DNA from: Macrostomum lignano
Taxonomy: Eukaryota
Assembly: GCA_002269645.1 (NCBI GenBank)
Contig: NIVC01004050.1
Coordinates: forward strand, 1-31,725
Direction: 5' to 3'
DNA length: 31,725 bases
The notes below the pieces were generated by a model that was given only the letters and a program-made list of their open reading frames with translations, was not told the DNA's origin and ran no database searches. The translations under genes and the position numbers were made by a program. Shown piece by piece: positions 9,001 through 19,008 of this stretch (positions are counted from its first letter, which is position 1; each line of letters opens with the position of its first letter).

Positions 9001-11538
9001 GGGTGTGGCTGGATTTGTGTATTGAGAGAGGCGGGTGCTGGTGGATTCGTGTATTGGGAGAGGCGGGTGCTGGTGGATTCGTGTATTGGGAGAGGTGGGT
9101 GCTGGTGGATTCGGGTGTGGGAGATTCGGGTGTGGGAGATTCGGGTGTGGGAGATTCGGGTGTGGGAGATTCGGGTGTGGGAGATTCGGGTGTGGGAGAT
9201 TCGGGTGTGGGAGATTCGGGTGTAGGAGATTCGGGTGTGGGAGATTCGGGTGTGGGAGATTCGGGTCCCAGGAGATTCGGGTCCCAGGAGATTCGGGTGC
9301 TGGTGGATTCCTGTATTGGGAGAGGCGGGTGGGGCTGGATTCGGGTGTGGGTGGATTCGGGTGTGGGTGGATTCGGGTGTGGGTGGATTCGGGTGTGGGT
9401 GGATTCGGGTGTGGGTGGATTCGTGTATTGGGAGAGGCGGGTGTGTGTGGATTCGGTGCCCTACCACGCAGTCCAGCCGCTTATCCGACTGTTCAGCGGC
9501 GATCGAACGAACAGCGATGAAGATTCGAATGTCCTTTTGCTGCAAATCATAATAAGTAAACTCACTGCGATAATTTTATAATTTAAATTGTTTATGTTAA
9601 AAACTATCGACGTGAGAATTAGTTACTTACCAGAAGGCTTGTCAGAGCGGCAGTGGCGTCAGTAAAGTACATCCGTTTGGAGTAGCTGATGTTGCGGGCC
9701 ATGAAATCTGTCACCAATTCGCTTGCCAACTGAAATTGTTCAAATAAAAATAGTGACACACAGTGACACACGGTGATACCACCTGTCGCAAACGTGTGAC
9801 ACAAATTACGCACACATAGCACCGGGTGGTGCATTGAGTAACTGAACAAATTGAGTAACTGAACAAAACAACTGAACAACAAGTACAATCGGACGTGTTA
9901 ACATGAAAATAACTTAAAATACGAGCTAAAAGACTGCTACACTGCTATAAGTATCATACATACGAGTACCACTTAAACAAAGTGTTTAAGGCTGCCGTTA
10001 CAAGCCATTTCATCAAGTGCTTGGAGCTCTGCCATGAGCGGAATGGTGCTCACATTGAGAATTCGATTTCGCCCATCAGGTTATTGACAACTTAGAAAAC
10101 TCTTATACTGCAAAACTTCTTATTATGTGTTATAAGGCTGTTGAGATTCGCTTAAAGTTGTTCAGTTACTTAAGCGCCACACTGTATTTGTAGACATATC
10201 TACTCACCGATTTGACTGCGGAGTAGTCTTGAACTAAAAAGCCGATCTTCTTCCAATTGAACTTGGTCACAATTGACACCAACGGTTTCACATAGATGTT
10301 ATAAGTAATTGACATTCTCGTGTAGTATGGGTAGATCGACCGATCGCTTAGTTCCGGCGACAGATTCAGGCCAATCTGAAAATTATGAAATTAAATCATA
10401 ACAAAGTCACACAGTTTAGCCTCAGTCTCTCACCTGAGTCACACAGCTTAGCCACAGTCTCTCACCTGAGTCACACAGTTTAGCCACAGTCTCTCACCTG
10501 AGTCACACAGTAGTAGCGGGCCAGCTCAGCAATGACCTGAGACTGCTTCGAGAAGCTGGCGCCCAGCATCAGCGCCTTGTTGCTGCCGCTGAGGTAGCTG
10601 TCAACAAAAGCCTTCAGAGCTGCGCCAACATCTTCCTGCTGTTAATTACGAAATTGAGTTGCGTTGCAATAATTAATCATGGGAATAAAATCTCCACTGA
10701 TTGTAAAATTTTCATGGCGAAAAGCAATCAGTCTGAAAGGTTTAAATTAATCAAATTCACTCTTGAGGCTGTTGAAGCTCTCAGCATAGCAACTGAGAGT
10801 TGTTGACTTCTGCTGAGAACAATATCGCTGATTCTTTATATAGTGTCCACCCTTGCTTTAGAATTCGAATTTGAACAATGGACCATCATGTAGGGGGTCA
10901 TAAATCAGCCTCATATTAAAAATTTCAGGCAGACAACAATACTACCACTGCTTTGTGTTAAATTATTTGGGGATTATAACAAATTCATTTTTTGTTGCTG
11001 ATCTGCATTCGATTTCTAGCACCTGTGCGATTTTACCTATCAGACAACAGGAGCTTTAAAAGGCAAAACACAGCTTCAAACTGGCTATATCCTAAATAAC
11101 TGGCTAACTAACTGACTGACTAACTAACTAACTGACTAACTAACCAACTAACTAACTAAGTAAGTAAGTAACTAACTAACTAACTAACAAACTAACTAAC
11201 TTACTAACTTACTAACTAACTAACTTACTAACTAACTGACTGACTAACTAACTAACTAAGTAATTCTTGCAATAAAACAAGAAAAACGTCAAGTTCGCAA
11301 CAAAATAACAAAGTACCCCTTTGATTAGTCGAATGTCGGGCCTCAGCTTGAAGCTTGGAAACAATTCCATCCTGGTGTTCAAGTATCGGATCGAATAGTT
11401 GAAATAATGGACCTCGTTGAAGAATGGAATTTCCTTGGAAATGGCAATGAGGATGTGCACTTCTGGCCTGTCGTCCGGGTTGGAGACGACAGCGGTCAGA
11501 CAGGCGACTGCCAGCAGAAATTTCAGGGGCAAGCGCAT
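3084..11538 (-). CDS. GABA-B receptor-like class C GPCR, paralogue A (13 exons, 749 aa, intact)
   Basis: Manual splice with all introns GT-AG and frame-consistent: 11538-11317, 10638-10498, 10375-10208, 9729-9631, 9539-9465, 8267-8079, 7321-7079, 6396-6333, 6243-6166, 5807-5428, 5340-5218, 4079-3744, 3215-3084 (2250 nt). It has a signal peptide (MRLPLKFLLAVACLTAVVS). VFT motifs are SPELSDRSIYPYYTR, FNWKKIG, KDIRIFI, YGPKYQWI, RFDAV, DFHGLSGQVNFDWKGDR. GABA-B-type 7TM motifs are YIRLSSPIVN, AKTWRVHRIF, LFGIFFAWETR, ALNDSKVIGICVYN. There is no cysteine-rich domain. Orthology to GABBR1/2 is not established. Confidence 0.92.
3400..3730. repeat. Degenerate 12-bp repeat (CCAGCCCACACT) in intron 12 of gene A
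   Basis: Read directly; paralogous array at ~14915-15245. Confidence 0.85.
4133..5236 (-). repeat. 56-bp minisatellite (~20 copies) in intron 11 of gene A; the unit includes the exon 11 end plus splice donor
   Basis: Sense unit CAAGAGACTGTCTGAGCAG|GT(A/G)ACAGGGTGTGCAGTGATTCTGTACTCTGCATTCA. The true junction is at 5218/5217. Confidence 0.95.
5830..6100. repeat. 24-bp G-rich repeat (GGGCTGATGGGGACTCGGGAGACT) in intron 9 of gene A
   Basis: About 11 units; paralogous array at ~16955-17420. Confidence 0.9.
6486..6729. repeat. 18-bp repeat (TGTACACTACAGCAGTCT) in intron 7 of gene A, ~13 copies
   Basis: Read directly. Confidence 0.95.
7360..7790. repeat. TGACATC-core degenerate repeat (15-20 bp units) in intron 6 of gene A
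   Basis: GACATCGTGACATCT(CT) units grade into GACATCTTGGCATACTGTCATC units. Confidence 0.85.
8322..9455. repeat. G-rich 15-20 bp repeat (GATTCGGGTGTGGGA/GGTG plus a GGATTCTGTCTGGTGTGGGC subarray) in intron 5 of gene A
   Basis: Read directly; it fills the 1197-bp intron. Confidence 0.95.
9819..10198. mobile_element. MITE-like ~375-bp segment in intron 3 of gene A, absent from gene B; degenerate TIRs resembling Tc1/mariner ends
   Basis: Left CACCGGGTGGTGCATTGAGTAACTGAACAA (9820-9849) versus the reverse complement of the right end, TACAGTGTGGCGCTTAAGTAACTGAACAA (10158-10186). ACATA is present on both flanks (9814-9818, 10194-10198), whereas B has a single CACATATC. Confidence 0.6.
10404..10511 (-). 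repeat. 32-bp junction repeat, 3 copies, in intron 2 of gene A
   Basis: Sense unit ACTGTGTGACTCAG|GTGAGAGACTGTGGCTAA. The true donor is at 10498/10497. Confidence 0.9.
11100..11262. repeat. (TAAC)n-type microsatellite in intron 1 of gene A
   Basis: Read directly; a longer version is at 30960-31262. Confidence 0.95.
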
Positions 11539-11907
11539 GCTGCCGCAGAGCTGAGACTAGTGAGTATAGACTGGGCTGCTCGAGCGACAGCTCAGAGAGT
11601 CTTCGATGCTCAGTTGATTTTGAGAGATTTATCGCCTGCTAATAACTGTTCGCGACTTCTGATTGGGCGATTGGGTGAACAGGCTTTTCAGGTCCATCCG
11701 CTATGCTAAAAGTGGTTTTACCCATCTATCCATCAATCCGTGTGTGATTGATAATTACTTCTACTCAAAATGACTTGATAAGTGCTTCAATTCATGTCTT
11801 CGATTCGATGAAAGCCAGCCTAGATGTGAACAGACTGAACCTGGATTCGAATTTTATTAGTGTAAGTTTTTTAGAAAGATTTTTTTAAAGTGAAGAAACT
11901 CAACATA

Positions 11908-12591
11908 ATAAAAGAAGCGTCATGTCAAACATAAAAGAAGTGACATGTCAACCATAAAAGAAGTGCCATGTCAACCATAAAAGAAGTGACATGTGAAACA
12001 TAAAAGAAGTGACATGTCAAACATAAAAGATGTGCCATGTCAAACATAAAAGATGTGCCATGTCAAACATAAAAGAAGTGTCATGTCAAACATAAAAGAA
12101 GTGTCATGTCAAACATAAAAGAAGTGTCATGTCAACCATAAAAGAAGTGTCATGTCAACCATAAAAGAAGTGTCATGTCAAACATAAAAGAAGTGCCATG
12201 TCAAACATAAAAGAAGTGTCATGTCAACCATAAAAGAAGTGTCATGTCAACCATAAAAGAAGTGTCATGTCAAACATAAAAGAAGTGCCATGTCAAACAT
12301 AAAAGATGCTTCATGTCAAACATAAAAGAAGTGTCATGTCAACCATAAAAGAAGTGTCATGTCAAACATAAAAGAAGTGTCATGTCAACCATAAAAGAAG
12401 TGTCATGTCAAACATAAAAGAAGTGTCATGTCAAACATAAAAGAAGTGTCATGTCAACCATAAAAGAAGTGTCATGTCAAACATAAAAGAAGTGTCATGT
12501 CAACCATAAAAGAAGTGTCATGTCAAACATAAAAGAAGTGTCATGTCAAACATAAAAGATGCGTCATGTCAACCATAAAAAGTGTCATGTC
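11908..12591. repeat. 23-bp minisatellite (ATAAAAGAAGTGTCATGTCAA[A/C]C), ~30 copies, ~370 bp upstream of the gene A ATG
   Basis: Read directly. Confidence 0.95.
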
Positions 12592-13109
12592 TGATACAAT
12601 GCAGTAAATTTAGAATGCGCATTATGAGACCGTTCTTCCCGGTTCGAGAACCAAACCCGGTGCTACCTGCAGGTACTCAAAATATAATAGAGTGAGGAAA
12701 TTTACGCATACACATGACTGGATGAGCTAATTAGTCGTTTCTCTCTTCTAAACATTCCCCTCTTTCTGACAAAAGCAGCAATATCGCAGCGGTGACTAAC
12801 AGAAAATTAAATACAGTAACAAGCTCAGCGCTCCACCAGCAAGAAAGACACAAAAAACACGCAAGCAAAAATGCATAACGAAGCAGGATTCTTTTGTGTG
12901 AAAAACAGACTGCTGTTGAACAACTGCCATATTCGAACAATTCATATGTCGTCAAAGAGAAGCGTGACTGCAAAGCACTAAATATAGCTGCGAGGAGCAA
13001 ACAGCTCGCCCTCAGCGATAAAATCACAGCGAGAAACAATCGGACCGTTAAGAGGCGTTAACGGTGTTCCTTTTATCGGGGTTGGTCGTCTGGTATGTCG
13101 TTGGGCGCG

Positions 13110-13530
13110 AGGTAAAAAGCGCCTCTGCTCCGGCTGAATGCAACTCCTCATTGTCAGCATCCGCGTTGCCGAGGATCACTCAGTGCCTGCACGGATCATT
13201 GCCTCCTGCGCTCCACCACTAAACAGAGCACAGCTCTTTGAAGAGATCGTTTTAAATTTTGAGCCAGCACTGATGGCATCATTCAAGCAGGCTCCATTGC
13301 AGTGCGTTGAAGCATCTTAGACTATGCGCGACTTTGTGGTGTCGTAGCCGGCTCGAACCACTGCGAAGTGCGACAGGTACGAGCTACCTCCAACCCGCCA
13401 CTGGCACAGTGCCTTCGACTTCTTCTATGTAGCTTTTAACCAAGTGTCCGTCAAGCACCTCCTGGTACGCATTCGCCAGGCCTGGATCCTTTTCCACAGC
13501 TCATTCCGATCCACGCTTGCAAGCACCGCT
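13110..13530 (-). mobile_element. Decayed BEL/Pao LTR-retrotransposon reverse-transcriptase fragment
   Basis: Minus-strand translation across frameshifts and stops gives KDPGLANAYQEVLDGHLVKSYIEEV / YLSHFAVVRAGYDTTKSRIV*DAS..NGACLNDAISAGSKF / IQPEQRRFL. This resembles, from memory, the Pao-type YLPHHAV...TTKxRIVxDAS...SLNDxLxxGP block. Confidence 0.65.
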
Positions 13531-13660
13531 TAAGTATCAGTCCCTAGGCAGCTAAAACACAGTCACTTCTGTTTTACAGCTTCCCACCTGGCCTGAGGGT
13601 CCATTCTTAGACATTTCTGACACCTCCATACTCCATGCTGCTCATTGCTCCTACACACAG

Positions 13661-13990
13661 CACCCTCCCACAGCCAACCCCCTCCCACACAAAACCCTCC
13701 CATGTGCCAACTCCACACACACACACACAACACCCTCCCACAGCCAACCCCCTCCCACACAAAACCCTCCCATGTGCCAACTCCACACACACACACACAA
13801 CACCCTCCCACAGCCAACCCCCTCCCACACAAAACCCTCCCATGTGCCAACTCCACACACACACACAACACCCTCCCACAGCCAACCCCCTCCCACACAA
13901 AACCCTCCCATGTGCCAACTCCACACACACACACACACAACACCCTCCCACAGCCAACCCCCTCCCACTACCAACACACCCCTCCTACCC
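13661..13990. repeat. ~70-bp C-rich minisatellite with (CA)n, ~5 copies (copy B)
   Basis: Unit starts at 13661, 13731, 13801, 13869 and 13941. Confidence 0.9.
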
Positions 13991-14225
13991 ACACAACACT
14001 TTCCCAGGCCCAACCCCACGCACCACCCCTTTTCTCTTTCGACCATTTTAACAAGAACAAAGTCAAAACTCAAAATTGGCTTGGTTATATTTCTCAATAA
14101 GTGGCTCCAGCATCAGAGAGCGTCCACAGGGATAAAGTTTTGCTTTCGTCGTTTTGCTCTACTTTTTTCTTTGTCAAAAACAAGCCACGGGCAGTAGGGG
14201 GTAGGGAGGCTTTCGCCAAATTCAG

Positions 14226-14520
14226 TGGCTTATTAATATTTGTAGCCTCTGGCTTATTAATATTGGTAGCCTCTGGCTTATTAATATTGGTAGCCTCTGG
14301 CTTATTAATATTGGTAGCCTCTGGCTTATTAATATTGGTAGCCTCTGGCTTATTAATATTGGTAGCCTCTGGCTTATTAATATTGGTAGCCTCTGGCTTA
14401 TTAATATTGGTAGCCTCTGGCTTATTAATATTGGTAGCCTCTGGCTTATTAATATTGGTAGCCTCTGGCTTATTAATATTGGTAGCCTCTGGCTTATTAA
14501 TATTGGTAGCCTCTGGCTTA
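14226..14520. repeat. 24-bp repeat (TGGCTTATTAATATTGGTAGCCTC), ~12 copies, downstream of the gene B stop codon
   Basis: Near-perfect units read directly. Confidence 0.95.
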
Positions 14521-14842
14521 ATCAAGTAGGCATGTTCTGATCCGTCAGAAAATCCAGTTCGGAATTGAAACGTCCAAGAAGCGAGTTCGCAGGGAGTCAC
14601 ATTTCAAGAGACTCATTTCTAGCCGTGTTGACTCGCCCAGTCCCGTTGGGGTCATTGTTGCACACCGTCCTCAGCACCGTGTTGGCGTCGGCGACTCTGA
14701 CGCGTCGGTCTTTGAGGATGGTCAGCACCTGGAATTCGATTTAGTCCGGATGTCCGATGGGGCTGCGAAGCACCTGAGATTCGCAATATCTCGTAAGCTA
14801 AGCCTCCAGCCTAGACCTCATCAGAAAGTAATACAAATTTAG

Positions 14843-15301
<459 letters not shown>

Positions 15302-15646
15302 TGATGCAGCAGGTCAGCAGCACGAGTCGCAGGTCCACCGAGCCGATGGGCAGCGCAATCTCCAGCACCACGCCGATCAGCCCCATCACGGTGGTGTTGT
15401 ACACGCAGATTCCGATCACCTTCGAGTCGTTCAGCGCTTCCACGTGAATTGTGCGAGTCTCCCAGGCAAAGAAGATTCCGAACAGAAGGAACACCGCCTT
15501 CATGCCGATGATGAGGCCCTTCCACAGCACCTCGCTGCTGGACTGACACACGACCAGCTTGTGCAGAACCACAGCTCCGTCAGAGATCATGTCCTGCATT
15601 GGCATGGCACTGCATGTCAGTGGAATGTCAGTGCAATGTCAGAAAT

Positions 15647-16361
15647 CACACTGCACACCCTGTTACCTGCACAGACAGTCTCTTGTGAGTGCAGAGTACA
15701 GAATCACTGCACACCCTGTTACCTGCTCAGACAGTCTCTTGTGAATGCAGAGTACAGAATCACTGCACACCCTGTTACCTGCTCAGACAGTCTCTTGTGA
15801 ATGCAGAGTACAGAATCACTGCACACCCTGTTACCTGCACAGACAGTCTCTTGTGAGTGCAGAGTACAGAATCACTGCACACCCTGTTACCTGCTCAGAC
15901 AGTCTCTTGTGAGTGCAGAGTACAGAATCACTGCACACCCTGTTACCTGCTCAGACAGTCTCTTGTGAATGCAGAGTACAGAATCACTGCACACCCTGTT
16001 ACCTGCTCAGACAGTCTCTTGTGAATGCAGAGTACAGAATCATTGCAGATCCTGTCACCAGCTCAGACAGTCTTTTGTGAATGCAGAGTACAGAATCACT
16101 GCACACCCTGTCACCTGCTCAGACAGTCTCTTGTGAATGCAGAGTACAGAATCACAGCACACCCTGTTACCTGCTCAGACAGTCTCTTGTGAATGCAGAG
16201 TACAGAATCACACTGCACACCCTGTTACCTGCTCAGACAGTCTTTTGTGAATGCAGAGTACAGAATCACACTGCACACCCTGTTACCTGCTCAGACAGTC
16301 TCTTGTGAATGCAGAGTACAGAATCACTGCACACCCTGTTACCTGCTCAGACAGTCTCTTG
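15647..16361 (-). repeat. 56-bp junction minisatellite (~13 copies) in intron 11 of gene B
   Basis: Same unit as 4133-5236; true junction at 16343/16342. Confidence 0.95.
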
Positions 16362-16954
16362 ACAGCCAAGGCTGGTGAATCCAGGAGTCCGAGAGCCAAC
16401 AGCAGTCCAGCATCCATCAGCAGAATAGCGGCAATCACCATGCAGAGGTGCCAGTCCTTGATGGTCTGAAATCCGGTAATGCGTGACCAGGCTGGCTCAA
16501 GGTCATTCAGGGGACTGACTATACACGAGCACTGCAGTGCAGATGGACTCACAGTCAGCCTCATCTTGTTGGTGAAGATTCTGTGGACTCGCCACGTCTT
16601 GGCCAGAATTCCACCGAAGGCGCACGAGTAGCCAGTGATGAGGCAGAGCAGCTGGGACCAGCACAGTCCGAGCTGGCTTCCCATGTACGCGTTGAAGGTC
16701 ATGATGAAGCAGGACGCGTGGCACAGGAGGCAGCCCAGTCCGATGATGGTGTTCACGATGGGGCTGCTGAGCCGGATGTAGGGCACCTTGCGGAACCACA
16801 GGTTCACCGCCATGGCGGTCAGGGTGAGGCAGGCGCCGCAGGCAGACATGCCGCCAGAGACCACGGCGCTGACGAGGCTGGCGTGGACGAGCTTTGAGAG
16901 GATTCTGGGAGAGTCGACTGGAGCTGAGCCGCCTGCGGGACGGGGTGGGAGATG

Positions 16955-17420
16955 CGCTGATGGGGCTCGGGAGACTGGGCTGATCTGGATTCGGGAGACT
17001 GGGCTGATGGGGACTCGGGATACTGGGCTGATGGTGGTTTCGGAGACTGCACTGATGGGGACTCGGGAGACTACACTGATGGGGACTCGGGAGACTGGGC
17101 TGATGGGGTCTCGGGAGACTGGGCTGATGGGTAACTCGGGAGACTGGGCTGATGGGGACTCGGGAGACTGAGCTGATGGGGTCTCGGGAGACTGGGCTGA
17201 TGGGTAACTCGGGAGGCTGGGCTGATGAGGTCTCGGGAGACTGAGCTGATGAGGGACTCTCGAGACTGGGCTGATTGGGACTCGGGAGACTGGGCTGATT
17301 GGGACTCGGGAGACTGGGCTGATTGGGACTCGGGAGACTGGGCTGATTGGGACTCGGGAGACTGGGCTGATGGGGACTCGGGAGACTGAGCTGATGAGTG
17401 ACTCTGGAGACTGGGCTGAT
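16955..17420. repeat. 24-bp G-rich repeat in intron 9 of gene B
   Basis: About 19 units, more variable than in A. Confidence 0.9.
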
Positions 17421-17798
17421 GGGGGGGGGAAATTCGAAAGGGTTAGGGTTAGGGATGGAGTGTTGATGGCCTAGCATTTGAATGGCGTACCCTCGAACCA
17501 CAGTGGTTTGATCCAGCGACTGTCCCCCGTCTTCGGTTGATAAGTTGCAACCAAATCTCTCTTGAGACCTAGGGTAGGATGACACTCGTTGGCAATGTTC
17601 GTGCGTATAATTTAAATTTTTAGAATAAGACTTAATCCCATGTCTTACCTCGGATTTGGTAAATAATAACGGTAGGTTCTCTGTCGCCCTTCGAATCAAA
17701 ATTGACGGGACCCTGCAGTTGTTGCTTTATTCGTTGTTATGCATGTTTGTGATGCGGTAAAAAGCTATAGTGATTTGCAAAGGAATAACAAAATACTC

Positions 17799-18070
17799 TT
17801 GTACACTATTGCAGTCTTGTACACTGTTGCAGTCTTGTACACTGTACTAGTCTTGTACACTGTACTAGTCTTGTACACTGTACTAGTCTTGTACACTGTA
17901 CTAGTCTTGTACACTGTACCAGTCTTGTACACTGTACTAGTCTTGTACACTGTACTAGTCTTGTATACTGTACTAGTCTTGTAAACTATAGAAGTCTTGT
18001 ACATTATAGCCTTCTTGTATACAACAGCAGTCTTGTACACTATAGCAGTCTTGTACACTTTATACACTTG
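17799..18070. repeat. 18-bp repeat (TGTACACTGTACTAGTCT) in intron 7 of gene B, ~15 copies
   Basis: Read directly; the consensus differs from copy A. Confidence 0.95.
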
Positions 18071-18254
18071 AGAATTCTGGTACAACCTGATGAAATTGTA
18101 CCCCTGTTTAAAATGCGATTCATCATCATTCCAAGGAACGAATATTCTTGTTCTTTTCCTTAGGTATCCTTTAATTTCTACTCTTAGTAGTGGACTGGCG
18201 CAGAGAAGCATTTATCTTTATATTGTAGCGCCTTGTTTCCGACTGTCCTTGCGT

Positions 18255-19008
18255 AATATAGCTTTTTGCAGCCCATTTGGGCTTACGCGCATCGAATTCA
18301 ATCCAAGATATGTTTGTCAAAGTAATGGAGCTTTTGTCTATGGCAGCAAGGCTGGCACAGCGGCATTTAATTTGGCCCAACAAGCATCAATTTGGTCCAT
18401 TTAGTTCATTTGTAGCTCAGTCCCAGAATTGTGGACCATATGCTAGGCTGTTGAACGAATGTCATTGGCTTGTGATCGAAGCACTCGACGGAGGTGAACA
18501 CCCAAAGGACATTGCAAGGTTGCTGAATGTAAAAGAAAAGGTGGTTTACAGCATCCAGCAGCGCGTTGAAACTCTGCTGGCAGAGATTGCCTGCGAAAGG
18601 GTGGCAATCGCCAAGGAAAGTTGCTCGAGAGCCTCAGGTCCAACTGCTGCTCGATGCAGTGGAGACGAACCCTTTGTTGACGTTGCCGAAATGCAGCAGA
18701 AGTTGAGGGAACAGCTCCAGTTGGTTATCAGATTTTGACTATCAGCAGAGCTCTGGAAAAGCAACTAAAAATTGCTGGTAGAGACGCTGACATTCCAGTG
18801 GTGCGCAATAACCTGCAGACGGTTGAGAGAAGGCAAGAGTTTGTCCAATGGCTCACGAGTGTTTGGACCAAATGGATGCTTGTTGGACCAAATTAAATGC
18901 CGCTGCGCCAGCCTTGCTACCATAGACAAAAGCTCTGTTACATTGGCAAACATATCTTGGATTAAATAAAATGCGCGTAGGCCCAAATGGGCTGCAAAAT
19001 ACTATATA
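18255..19008. mobile_element. Inverted-repeat element (~145-bp diverged arms) enclosing an HTH-like coding remnant; probable non-autonomous DNA transposon
   Basis: Arms 18255-18399 and 18864-19008 (TATAGCTTTTTGCAGCCCATTTGGG...TGGTCCA and its mirror). The internal + strand frame reads LVIEALDGGEHPKDIARLLNVKEKVVYSIQQR (~18470-18570). No DDE domain is visible. Confidence 0.6.

Larger units (their letters stand above)
2465..11735. repeat. Tandem segmental duplication, copy A (partner 13661-31725)
   Basis: Exons, intron repeats, 3' flank and 5' flank are colinear with copy B (e.g. 2720-3360 matches 13990-14870, and 11260-11730 matches 31260-31725). Confidence 0.95.

Noticed and set aside
8274-9581. 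435-aa and 414-aa Gly/Trp- or His/Pro-rich ORFs (also 20709-21950)
   Set aside because: They are translations of the intron-5 repeat. Only the short QKDIRIFI...DCV segment is a real exon.
10635-10641. NAGNAG acceptor (AACAG/CAG/GAA) at exon 2, shared by A and B
   Set aside because: It would change only one Gln, is common, and there is no evidence of regulation.
10782-10800. Small hairpin CTCTCAG-n8-CTGAGAG in intron 1, present in both copies
   Set aside because: The 7-bp stem is expected by chance, and its conservation matches that of the surrounding intron.
11100-11262. TACTAAC/CTAAC branch-point-like motifs in the (TAAC)n tract
   Set aside because: They lie on the strand opposite to the gene, so they cannot serve as its branch points. 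The tract is not a canonical telomeric repeat either.
3084-11538. Assigning the symbol GABBR1 or GABBR2
   Set aside because: The pocket and tail motifs are divergent, and orthology cannot be shown without a phylogeny.
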